DNA of 63,727 nucleotides, the filler included, from Collodictyon triciliatum (Eukaryota): NCBI GenBank assembly GCA_043381765.1. It is 4 parts of 4 records of this genome, joined end to end, with 100 filler letters (N's around TTAATTAATTAA, not from the genome) between each part and the next. Parts side by side here need not be neighbours in the genome. Positions count along the whole stretch, not along the records: positions 39,798 to 62,579 come from JBHJMP010001137.1; 3 more parts are not named here. One strand, written 5' to 3'. The translations under genes and the position numbers were made by a program. The notes under the pieces are model-generated. The model saw only the letters and a program-made list of their open reading frames with translations. It was not told where the DNA came from and searched no databases. This document shows positions 43,207-57,760 of the stretch, one piece after another (within the stretch, counting starts at the first letter, position 1; each line of letters opens with the position of its first letter).

Positions 43207-43984
43207 GAACACCCTGCTGGGCGTACACGCAGCATGTATCCAAGAGGCCGGCCCTGTCCTGCCATGGCATAAAAGAAAAAATGCTGGAAAAAAACACAAA
43301 TAAATAAACAAATAAAAATAAAAAAAAGCGGAGCAAATGCCAGGCAGCTAAAAACCCGACAGGAAGGACATAACCAATATGCCACAAAAACAAAGGGACG
43401 AACCGGAGCCTCNNNNNNNNNNNNNNNNNNNNNNNNNNNNNNNNNNNNNNNNNNNNNNNNNNNNNNNNNNNNNNNNNNNNNNNNNNNNNNNNNNNNNNNN
43501 NNNNNNNNNNNNNNNNNNNNNNNNNNNNNNNNNNNNNNNNNNNNNNNNNNNNNNNNNNNNNNNNNNNNNNNNNNNNNNNNNNNNNNNNNNNNNNNNNNNN
43601 NNNNNNNNNNNNNNNNNNNNNNNNNNNNNNNNNNNNNNNNNNNNNNNNNNNNNNNNNNNNNNNNNNNNNNNNNNNNNNNNNNNNNNNNNNNNNNNNNNNN
43701 NNNNNNNNNNNNNNNNNNNNNNNNNNNNNNNNNNNNNNNNNNNNNNNNNNNNNNNNNNNNNNNNNNNNNNNNNNNNNNNNNNNNNNNNNNNNNNNNNNNN
43801 NNNNNNNNNNNNNNNNNNNNNNNNNNNNNNNNNNNNNNNNNNNNNNNNNNNNNNNNNNNNNNNNNNNNNNNNNNNNNNNNNNNNNNNNNNNNNNNNNNNN
43901 NNNNNNNNNNNNNNNNNNNNNNNNNNNNNNNNNNNNNNNNNNNNNNNNNNNNNNNNNNNNNNNNNNNNNNNNNNNNNNNNNNNN

Positions 43985-45475
<1,491 letters not shown>

Positions 45476-45889
45476 GAGACTGACGAGCTGTAATGAATAA
45501 AAAAAAAAATGAATTGAAAAGAAAAAAATAAAAGCGAATTTAATAGGAATGAAAAAAGATAAGCGAATGCAGCCCGATTTGTACCCTTATATTCTTATGT
45601 GGAAAACATATTAAAATTATTTAGATTCCTGTTGATATGGATGACTTTTATAGTTCTGGTGAATTTTCCTTCTATCTTCGTTGCAAAACTGGCGGTATTC
45701 CACCCCTTTGGATAAATTTCAAACAGAAGGACACAACATCGTCTCCTTATATCTTTCTTTTATTCTTGACCCTTCTCAAGTCATTCTAACAGAGGATATC
45801 CAAAGTGAAATACAGCAAAGCACAGCAAGGTCGAATTTCAAATAGAAAGGTGGCCACGAGTATGTGAACGCGACAGTTGAGGCGGACAG

Positions 45890-48466
45890 CTATGATTGCA
45901 GGGCTGTGCAAAGTGATGCAGCAAGTTCGCGCAGGGACTCGTCTTCGATGACGCTGCAGTCACAAAGACTTGATGCGAGCGACAGAAGCATGTGTTTTGT
46001 CCTGCAAGAGTGATTTGTAGAGTGTGATGGTTGTGGCGATAGTGCTCAGGGAGAAAAGAACAAAAGACAAAAGGATCGATTGCGCTGAACAAAGTTGGGT
46101 TACATGGAGGGGAAGGAAAAGGAAAGCTGTGTATAACAAAAGAAATGAGGAGGAAATGAAATAAACATATAAAGTAAAAACAAAATAACATAAAATGGGA
46201 CACGAAAAAAGATGCAAGTAAATCATAGAAAACAACAGCCAAGTGAGATACCCTATCAGGAAGCCGTCCCACGGCGGATTGATTTCAAAGAGGAACTGGG
46301 ACAGTAATTGAAGGATGGCGCGCAACTTCTCGAAACTGAGGATGACAAGAATGTAAAAAGTGATACAAGGAGCGGAGTTAATGCATTTCTTATACAAATG
46401 GAATGCATGATTACAAGCACATTTTACACTCTGAAATATTTATAAATGGGTAATTTTTGGTGAGTACAGCCACCACCGAAAAGAAATATATATGATTAGT
46501 ATGTTGGGCAGATGCCTCTATTTTTTCTTTCTCACTTTTGTGGGTGGATTGAGTCTACTCCAAGAAGTGTGGCATACATCTGGTCGGCATACATCACAAG
46601 TCGCGGGATAATCAATGAAGGCATTCCATTGCCGAGTAAAGAAAAAACAGTGGCTGTACAGGAATGAGAAAACAAAAAGAAAAACGAAGAGAAAAAAATA
46701 GAAAAACAAATAGAAAAACAAAAACAAAAGCAAAAGCAAAAGGTGTTAGGATTAAGAGAAAGAGAAATATCACAACAGCGAAAGAGCCAAATTGATCAAG
46801 TGATATGTATGTCTAAATTTAAAGATAATCGATGGAACCTCACCTTCGGGGTGTTGGGACATGGCTGTGGTGAAAAAAAGCAAGCAACTCCAACGAACCT
46901 CTTCTGCTGATGGACTGTATTGTTGCTCGCACTGGTGGCTCAGAAATGTAGCGAGTTTGTTCAGGCAAGTAGAATCTTGTGATTCAGTGGCATTCAAAAT
47001 TCAATAGGTTCCTTCGAAAATATTAAAAAAAAATGGAAGAAAAATGGAAGAAAGAAAGGATAATTTAACATAAAAACTAACCAAGGGATGCGCTCTCTTG
47101 TTCATTGAGCGAAACGCCATTAGTGAGACTGGAGAAATAAGAAGCGTCTAAGGAAAACAAGATATAAATGAATGATTCCATGAGCGGATATATGATTCGT
47201 GGGCAATAAGTGTGTCGACCTATCATAAATCACAAACCAGCAATCAAGTGCGAAACTATACTGATCACACTTGCTATCACTGCGTCACTCAACCCTAAAT
47301 TTTAATACAAAGTGTCAGTAATCGACAATAATAACCACCTAAGCGTGTTTGATAATAATCTCTTATGGGCGAAAATGAGTGGGTTCCAACCTTCTGAAGA
47401 TATGATACGCAATATATTTTCTGGTGATAGTGTCTTATGGATTCTGCGATTGAAAATATACTATTCAAGACATGAAACCAAAAGGGAAAACAAAACTATT
47501 GATTCTTATGGCTATACAAATACTATAGGTATTCATCACCCTGTTGCTATCAGATTTGATTGACTCCACGAAATACTTTGAATATATGATAGTATCTTCT
47601 CTTCGTCGAGTCCGAATGATACCTGGGGCTTCTAAAATGGTTTGATTTCCTGTTAAGGAACGGAAAAAAGAAGGGCAGAAAATTGAACGAACAAGGGGAA
47701 ACCGTTTCAATCCTTTATGATATTTTCAGCATTTTTCATATAGAGAGAACCGTACCAGATTTTCCCCAGCATAACTCGAAATCCGATTCAGGTTGATGCC
47801 GAAACGATATGTTCGATCAGCTATTTATCATTTATAGGGTCAGAATCACAATATTTTGAAAAATGGAGTAATTGAACCAATACCCTTGGCGGTATATGCA
47901 TAATTAACACTACTGCGCTCCACTTTGTCCAGGTAGCCAGCAGATGTGACATTTTCAATACCTAAAATAAAACAAAAACAAAAACAAAATGAAACAAAAA
48001 ATGTGGCATCCAACTATGATTCCTTCTTTTTTTATATAAATAATAACGATATAGATAGAAGAAATAAAAATATTAGTATGTTGGATGGACATGCGATTCA
48101 AGATTTTACCCCGAATCATCACCCGACAATCCACACATCGACTAAGAAGCTCTGAAATCAGAAGAAAGCAACTGTTTTGCACCTGTACGAATAAAAGTCT
48201 CAAAACCTTATCATTTTTGCGTGATAGTAATAGGCGAATCGATATTATGGAAATCACTGGATTGGTTAATATGACGATTTCAAATACCTCAACACTTTTC
48301 CCCGAACATATTTCGTTTGAAATATAATGAAACAGTGTTCCACAATGCAGGCTCCCATTTATGAATTCTCGAAGTACTCTGAAAAGAGAGTTTTCTTTCC
48401 CTGATATTTTGCACAGTTATTATCATCTTGTAAAAATAATTAAAAATATCCTGCTAGTGTAAAACA

Positions 48467-48550
<84 letters not shown>

Positions 48551-50290
48551 AGAGAAGATATTCACCTCATGTAATATCTATAAAAATAAAAAAAATTCTC
48601 ACCATGGCACTTTGATTGGGTATCGATATATTTAGAGACATTTGCGCTGATGACTATCCTTAATACAGCAGCTGAGGTCTAATAATAAACAACATCTTAA
48701 TATGGAATGTTCTAGTTGTAGTTTTTTTTTCTCTTGAAATCATATAACAAGTTATTTCACTCATTGCATCACACTTCATTTCCATCCCATTCCATATAAA
48801 AATTAAAATATCAATAATTTTGACATACATGTGGTCTCAGTGGCGAATTGCAGGAAAGCGTTACTGGGTCATTTTTCAAAAATAAATCGTGTATTTAATA
48901 AATTTATCATGTATTTGCATGAATCACTTAAATTCAAACTACAATAAATGTTTTGGCCAAAGGAATGTTCGATGTTTATATATGAAACCTTGTTACCTTT
49001 TTGCGGCAATGAGGGCGGGATAGATAGAGATTTAATATCGGCGTTAGTGCTCTCTGGTGATAGTTTAATTTTTTGTTTTATGCGGTCTGGACTTGCTGGT
49101 GCTTTCATCCTTCGCTTCTCATGAACAGGTGACTTTGGAGAGGAATCTTCATGAATTTCCTGCTTCGGAGTAAACAGTATGGCATTCACAGATGTATTGA
49201 TTGGATTAGTAACAACATATGAGTTACTTTGTTTGGGCTTTGGTGCCATTTGACTAAAATTTTGTGTCTCTGGAATCCAATCAGAATCATCATCCTGCAT
49301 TCTGGCCGTAATTTGGTTCTGGGATGTGTGCTGTTGATGCAGTTCATGATGATTTGTGTGTGCACCTTTGTTGGAGCTCAAGGATATAGGGGCCAGAGGC
49401 CTTACAAAATCATCCTCATCCTTTTGGATTCTACCTGTATCCGTGGAGGAACATGCAACTTTTTCAGTAGTTTTTGTATCTTTCTGTGCTATTTCTGGTA
49501 TTGGTGCATTGACCGAAATCGGGGATAGCGTTTTTGCGGGTGCTGCCACCTGTGTTGCTGAGATGGGGTCTGGAAGGGACATCAAAGCATTCACAAAGTC
49601 TGCATCGTCATCAATCTCTATGAATTGAATCTCCTGATACATCTTGGAAATCTTCGGGCCACGGGATGGGCTGTGTGAAGATTTCAGTGAGGCTGAATGT
49701 GATGGCGTGGAAGTGGAGCCAGAAGAATATTTTGAGCCTGCCTGTTGGGGGCTAGAGTGTTGCATGTATTGGTCCGAAGTGCTTTTGTAAAGGTTGGCCG
49801 GCTTTGGTGAAGAATGTACAGATGCAGAAGACGATGCAGTGGATGCGATTGGTTGGTTGAGTGTCTGTGGTTGCTTATGCTGCATGTTTCGTGACGGAGT
49901 GGGCTGGACGTAAGGGACAGGACGCTGGCCGTAAAGGTTCTGCGCTTGTTTCGGGAGATCATGTGGACTTGTTTTCGAGGTAGAAGAGATTGCGTGTCTT
50001 TGAGCGTTTGAGGAATGGGTTGCTGTTGGCCGTGATGAAGCAGAATCGTAATTAGAGGTAAGTACTGAAGTCGTTGATGTGTTGAATCGCACAGCTCCAT
50101 TCTGCTGAGCAAAGGCTATTATATTAGAAGAGCTTGGAGCAATGCCTCTGGTTCTATAGTTTTGGTTCAATGAAGTTTCTGGCCGAGCAGAAGTGTTGCG
50201 TGTGGTTGCGCTCACTCGCGTGTTCATCGATCCGTGCCTCTTGACTTGCCTGTCTGCTTCTGCGGCCTGCTTCAAAGAGTGACTCAGCAT
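45890..50290 (-). CDS. hypothetical protein: long disordered S/T/P/Q-rich N-terminus + multi-exon helical C-terminal domain
   Basis: Large first exon (ORF 48869-50386, ATG at 50290) and many small GT-AG exons ending ...DESLRELAASLCTALQS* at 45890. Intermediate exons were not all resolved. Confidence 0.6.
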
Positions 50291-50724
50291 GTATGTTTGT
50301 GAATGTCTGGTTGATGAGAAGGCGAATACACTGGCGGACTCGTGGTCGAGCGAAAGCCCGTCTTGGACGCGCCACGAGACAATCAATCAAAATGTATATA
50401 CATGTATGTGTGGTGAGGAAAAGAGGATGCTGGCTGAGGGAAAAAGATATAGATTGGAAAGAGTCTTTGCTTTCGCCGAAGCCGGACACAGATCCAGATT
50501 GCCCATATTTGGTATGATTTCTCATATTAACCACCCTTTTCTTTCGCTTTCACTTTCCCCTTTCTTTTTTCTTTCTCTTTCACTTTCTCTTTAACTTTCT
50601 CTTTCGCTTTCACTCATTTTTTAGTCGATTTAGAGAGGTGTTTATGAGCATAGGAAGTTTTTTTTTGAGAAGTTTTTTTTTTGGTCTGAGGTCTTTTTGT
50701 GAAAATTGAGAGGGATTTGGTTAT

Positions 50725-53700
50725 TCAGAAAACTATATCCTTTTTCCAAACCAGAGCTATGTTGTACTCTGCAGGTAATTCATGTGTGTTCGACTCATCC
50801 ACACGTGGGAGGAGTAGATATATGTCAAAGTTTTCATTGGTCGTCTGGAATGCAACAGTGACGTTTTTCTCAGCAAGCTTGGAACTATATTCATGAAGAT
50901 GAAGAGAGTCTGAGGCAGATGATGGCTTCATTTTGAGGATGGCTTTGTAGCGTGAGGCAGAAAACTTGAGCTTCTCAATATAATCACCCAGTGCTGTGGC
51001 GTTCGTTTTTCCACGAACCTTTCATAGTTAAAAAAATAATATAGTCAGATTGATTAATTCATATGTAATCAGATGAATAGAGTACGAGGCCATGAACTTT
51101 TATGAATGCCGGAGATGGGCTGCTTATTAGTGTAATTATAGGACGGCACCATGCGATATGACTTTTTGGATAGCAGACAGGTAATTGCAAAAATCAGATT
51201 ATAATTATAATTGTTATTTTTACATAGAGAAAGGAAACAAAAAATTGAGGGGCAGCGATTGAGGCTTCTTGGTATAAAACGATTCTTAATAATTATCATA
51301 CTTGGAGAACTTTTGGCATCATCTTGGACAATACCGGCTGCCCAGATACTTGGGAGAGTGTAACGTTGATGTTGAGTTCACGGTCTGACACGCAGCCGTT
51401 CCATGCAAAGGTATCAGAATTTGGCAGTGGTTCTATGTGATTATTAAAACCTTAAATATTTTACAGCTATGGAACTCCTTTGATTCGAAGAGGAAGAAAC
51501 GAAACGTTTAAGGTGGTGTTTATTTAAGAGATAAGTAAAATAATATAATTAGATGTGATGCAACCCTGACGAGTGATTAATTCTTCAAGATGTGTGGGTT
51601 CTTCGGGGGCGGCCTTTGGATAAGCATCCTCATTTTCCTTCGAAATTTCAGCGGAATCATGCTGATGGGATGACCTTTCAGGCAGTGTCTGGATTTTACT
51701 CGAGGAAATCTTTGGAAAGGCCTCGTTGTTCGCATCTATCGATGAGGATTCTTTCACTTTTTCACTTGCTGACGTTTCAGGCCTGGGGATGTCGCCTTTC
51801 TTGTGACCTAGACCAACAAACGGTAGTCAATTGGTTGGTTTCGGTGATGGTTAGGATAGGAGAAGAAACCTTAAACCGACGTATTTTCACATTGTTTCAT
51901 GAAAGTTTTATAGACTGATTAAATTAAGGTCAACCTTTTGAAGATTTCGATGGATTTGGCGAGAAAGTAGGAGGTTTCTCTTCATCAGGTTGATTTTTTC
52001 TGCCAGCCAAAAAGTTTGGTTTCACATTTGCAGCCAGCCGACCACCTCTGTTACTGAATACCGAAGTTGGTTTTTGGGCGAATCCTTTCTTCATTGTTTT
52101 GAGTTCTTCGAATTTCCTGTTTTCCTTTTCAATTTTTGCCAGTCTATCACGGTCGATTTTCCTCTGCTCTGAGATTAACTTCCACCGTATTTCTTCTAAT
52201 TGAATTTTGCGGAGAGCAGTCTCTTCAGCCTCTGCTTCCTCCTTTTGAGTTAAATGTTTCGGCTTTGCAGGCTCGCCTTCTTGCTCCTTCTCCTATCAGA
52301 TATAGGATATTTGGTCAGGACGAGTGAGAATTGAGATTTTGAAGATAACCAAGCAAATAAATGGAAATATCAAAGAAAGTAGAGATGTGTTTTGCTCGTT
52401 ATCACAAACAGCTTCATCGGCCACATGATTCAAACGGCTGTATTTCAGATTAAAGGCAAAGAAATCACTGGCGCTCATTCGCACGAGTTCTGTCACTTTC
52501 AATTTGCCGTAGAATAGTTCGTTTCTCAGGCAGGCATTCCTTGTAATTATCAAATTGAATTAGCAGTTCAGTTATTTTAATATACAATTAAATCAGATGG
52601 AGTAACCACAGTGTTTCTCTCGCCACTTAATTTTTTTGAAAGAGAGTAAAAAAAAACGCCATAAAATAATTTGAAAAATATACTCTGGATTTTTCAATTG
52701 AATTAGTATCAGATTTGCTTGTGACAAGTATTCTTTGTGTTTGTGTCCGGGATATAATTTAAAGAGCGCATCGTCGATTTCTTCAACTAGATCGGACTTT
52801 CCGATTATAAATTAAAAAAAGTGATACATTTTCATGTGTGTTTTAGTGTCAAAAACAATAGATTGAACATAAAGCAAAAAGGTATTTAGGTGAGAGAAAA
52901 AAATTTGCTAATGTAAATAATATTTGACGAAAGTCATGAGACATAAATGAAACTACCAATTAAAACGAAACCAAAGCTAAACTAAACCAAAACAATTACA
53001 ATTTTAAGACCAAAAAACGTGTATGAGGCAGTGGATAAACTTACAACACGGATGTAATACTCTTCCAAAGTGTGCAAAAGTTCCATTTTTATTTTATCTC
53101 TGCTTTTCTGAACAAACGGAAGTACTATAAGGCCCTCATCGAGAGAGGACGTTCTGTAGAGTCCATGCATTTCAAATTAGTTAATATTCATCAACTTAGG
53201 TGACAATCAACACAAATGTGATGTGATTTATATCAGACGTGTTAGATATAATAGGGTTGATACTCTGGATTTTTTGAAAATGAACTAAGTTTACAGGGAA
53301 ACCTTGTTAAAGGCGATATTTTCTCTCCTTTTCTGTTGTTGTTTTTCCCATTTACTGACCTCCGGTCTTCTTTGTTGTAATGATTTGGAGATGGAGATAG
53401 CTCCTCAGAATCGTAACTGCCCTCATTGAAGCACTCAATTGAACAGTACAAACTATCATACACTGGAAGGGCTATATTTTTGCACATCGTTCGAGTACAG
53501 ATGGGCTGGAAAGTATCACATTAAGAAGAAGAAGAAAAAAGAAGCAATAGGCATAGCAACATACAACCGGAAAAATAAGGATACAAAAAAGATTATATGC
53601 TCGTTTTTTATCGGTTGTGGATTACCTTTTTGGTGCTTCTCGTCTTGGTGAACTTTGTAGAGTTGTCTGGTACCTATTTACATAATGTAGCGAGAAAGTA

Positions 53701-56700
53701 GCAAGTGATATCAGGTTGTGCTTGAAAATGAGTGCAGAAAGAAAATTGGATGGTTCGGATAATAAATTTTGATTCACTTGCGGCTATGAGGATGACAATT
53801 TTTTTTTTAAAAAAAAAAAATTATAATCGAGTCAATTTGCTTTGAATTGAATAAAGGGAAAAGATATAATTGGGATAATTCAGCAGCTTGCCTCCTTGAG
53901 TGCTTGATGTAAACGTCTGTTTCTCATTCTGTTTTTAATCGTATCTAATATTTTGAATAGTAAATCGTTCAAAGAGTTAAGGTTACTATGGAAGGTCTAA
54001 AATTATGAGAGATTTAAGACAGTTAGTCAGTGCGTCTCTAGTATAGTACCTGAACCTATTTTTTCATATCCAGTTTTATTTTTTCTTGATGAATCAGGCT
54101 CAAAGTCCCCGTAATTACCATCGAGTTCGATGGAGACATGAAACGAATGCTTTAAAAGAGGAAAAAGGAATTTTAAAATAGAGACCATGATTAGCATTAT
54201 TCTTGGCTATATTTCAACACAAACCCCACGAAAGAGCACAAAAAAAAAAAGAAGGGGGGAACATGGATTCTTTATATAATTATTAGCAGTGCTATATTTC
54301 TTTTAAAAAAAATAATAATTAACAACTATACACACCGATGCAGCCTCAAGTAACCACGCTGTGTCAAGCTTTTGACTGGATAAACACCTCGGACAAGAGA
54401 TTGTCTTGGATTTATTCTAAATTAACAGGATAATCCACTAAATAATCATTTAAAGAGAAGGAGCAACGGTTACTATATACAAGATTATGATGCGAAGCAA
54501 GCAATACTTCATCCACGACTTTCACGCACTTAAGATGGAAAATGTTGTAGCACATAATACAAGAAACAAGCAATTGACTTTCTTTAAATGCTTTTGAGCA
54601 TATACACGCCTGTTGCTCATCTAATTCAGCCAAGGCGTATTTGTTTCTGATGTGTATCTATGAATAAATTGTAATTTTTTTTAAAAAAGTACAATTAAGA
54701 AAGAAAAAAAGGCATTCACCATAGTACTATACAGAGAAAACAGTTTGTTTTAAGGATAGTTGCTATCCAAGATTAAATTACCTTAAGAAAATCCTTCATT
54801 CCAGTATTGTGTTCTTGTGCTTAATTTTTTTAAAAAAAATACACCAGTTAATTACAAAGTCAAGGTTATCGATGAATCTATGAATGATATATATTATATT
54901 GAATGACTTTCGGTATTTGCCTTGATAAAAGTAAAATGAGAATCGAATTTCTTTTCATCCCAGCTCAAACTTTTTCCTCATTTATTATTATTGAATTTAG
55001 CTGTAGAACCTTGATAACTGGACACCGGGAGGCACATATGGTCAACATCGTCCATATCATCGCTGCTATTCTCCCCTGACAAGACTATTTCGATGTATGC
55101 TCCACCACTTGGCTCATCGTCGCTCTCCTCATAATATGGTTTGAATCCTTGAGGCTGGTTCGTTAAGTGTGCATCTTGACTGCTGTCCACCAAATATGTA
55201 GGAGCGGGTTTGGGAACGTGTGTTAATTCTGATTTCTTATTCTTTTTTTCTTTGAGGAGTTCACCCAGAGGTCGACGATGCTGCTCTAGGATTACGGGAC
55301 GAGCATCATCTAGGTTAATGTCCACAGTAACTGAATATTCATGATATTTAAACAGCTTCATAGAGGGAGAAGGAATTTGATGCTCATGTTTATCTTCATT
55401 CAGGGAATCAACACTGATGTCAACTTGAACATCATAGCGAGCGGTTGCAAGCTCATCTTGGGCTAAGATAGGGTTGTCAGGCCATCTACCAATCTCATCG
55501 CTTTCACGTATCCTCTTTGATTTCTGACTGTTGGTTGTGCTTGTGGATTGAGAATTAACGAGAGAAGTATCAATATCATTAGCCAGTGCGTTCTTTCTCT
55601 TCCTTTGCTCACCAGATGAATGCGCCATTTCATCCAGGCCACTAGGTACTTGAGTGGTATTGTAGATGACCATTTCACTCTCGATATTGAGCTCCACACT
55701 GGAGTTTATGAAAGTTGCATGCTCTTCACATACATCCTCGGCATCAGTGAGGAGAGAAATGTTCCTCTGGGGAATTATCGGCGCCATTTGATCGCTTAAT
55801 TGAGATTCGATGTCATCATTTAATGGTTCATCATTCATGTTCATCGCTTGAGATTGCTCTGTATCTATTTTCTCTATTTCGGAACTAGGTGGGCCCATAA
55901 TGTGCGTTTGATGAGGGTCTGTATCGACTATCTGGGGCGAACCTGTATTTTGGGTCTCTCCTTCGGTTGGCTGTAATAAAACATCGGCATATATGCTACA
56001 GTGATTTGCAGTTATGAATGATAAATTTTCTTGTTGTGTTTCATTCAACAAGCCCGAATGGTCATGTACAAGATCTAATTTGTGCTCAGAGTTCGGCGGG
56101 TGTTCATCCAAGGCGATGTCATCGAGCTGGTGATTTCGCTCCATTTTTTCTTTTGGTGAATGCGGTGAAGTTACATTTCTATGTTCTTGATGGCTCTGCT
56201 CTGTGTTGGTAATGCAGGGGGTTTCTGTAAAATCTTTAGTGAAAGATTCACTTTCTCCTTTCATGTTACAAACATGTTCCTTGTGAGAGTTCAAAGTGGG
56301 TGAATTTAATACTGGTTGATCCAGGATAATGGCAGGCTCAGTTGCTGTTGAGTTATGAAAATTTGAGTCTTCATTGAGAACTGTATCCATTGGTTCCTGT
56401 TCTGCTGTTGATTTTTCTGCATCGTTATTTTTCTCATGAACCATTACAATGGCTTTGTGAATCAAAGAAGCATCTGGTTGAAGTTGGTTTCTGTCGTCAT
56501 GCACCGCCTCATAATTGTCTTCCCTGCGGATATTTTCTGGAAAAGATGTTGATTCTTGAGTCAATTTTGCGGATTCAAGGCCATTACTAGGCGTGGTATT
56601 GTGCACAACTTCAGAGACGAGTGTATTACCAGTGGGATTATATGTAATGTCCAGTTTTTCTGCATCATTTTCTACACATAGATTTTCTTCTGGTAGACAA

Positions 56701-57167
56701 GACGTATATTTCTCTTCCGTGGTGTATGTTACTTGGTGGTTGGTAGGTTCAACCGCATGGTCGCTTTGTACATGCTCTCTTGTAGTATATTCTTGCTGTT
56801 CAATATCTGTAGATTGGGGAGGCGGTGGAGATATGTTGAGACTCTCTTCTCTTTCAACCGCACTTGAACGCACGTCCGATTCACCTGCAGGCAGAGGAGG
56901 TTTCAAAAGGCTCGCTTCAGACTCTGCTTCGCGTGTTGGCAACACAACATCCTCTGTTTCCAAGTCATGGCTTTGATTAGGAGCAAGCTGTTTGGTATTG
57001 ACAGGTATTGTCTCGTTGGGCAAGGGCTCAAAAAGCTCGTCCTCGTTTCTGGCGATCAGGTCGCTTCCGTGGCTGCTGTACGGGGCAACTAACCCGCTTT
57101 GCGTCTCGTGATCATCCTCGTCCTCTGCAACTCTAATCCCTCCAAGCGCGTTGTTACTCGTTTCCAT
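50725..57167 (-). CDS. PHD + TFIIS central (TFS2M) + SPOC domain transcription regulator (PHF3/DIDO1/Bye1-like) with long acidic N-terminus
   Basis: CICSK...LLVSCIMCYNIFHLKCV (PHD); YCSIEC; EEIDDALFKLY...LKNPE-NACLRNELFYGKLKVTELVRMSASD (TFS2M); AWNGCVS...VRGKT...DIYLL (SPOC). Confidence 0.82.
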
Positions 57168-57760
57168 CGATTCTTGAAGCAAAGAGTGAACTGATTGTGT
57201 TGTCTGCGCGTTTCGTTTGAAAGTGGCTTTAGTTCTCCGGTTCAAGTATTGTTGTCCTTTTCTTTTTCTGCAGACAACACAGGCAAGTAGGAACAGAACA
57301 AAGACTGCAGACTAGTTTGATGCTGAACCAAGGTTTTAACCTCTGTCGAATGAAAAAAAAAAAAAAGAGAAAAAGAAAACAGCTGTAGAGAGACACAAAG
57401 GAGTTTATGCTTCATGAGTGGAAAGTCGGCAAGTGCAAAGGGGATATGACATCCAATAAAAAAAAAAAAAAAGGTATTGAGAAAAGGGTTAAGTTCTGAT
57501 CATTCTCTCGACAAAACAAAAAAAAATTATAAAAAAAAAATAAAGAGACAGCCTAAGTTAAAATGTGAAAAACTGAGGGAGTTGGGCAACGCACGAAGGA
57601 TAAGATAGTATCAAAAGGTATCGCATCAGGACACAAAACACACATAGCGCCAGGCACGAGCAAAACAAAACAAAAACAAAAAAACGAAGAGAAAAAAATG
57701 AAGGCATAAAAGCAAATATAATAAAAAAAATGGAAAAAAAAGAAAAGGAAAAATAAGGCA

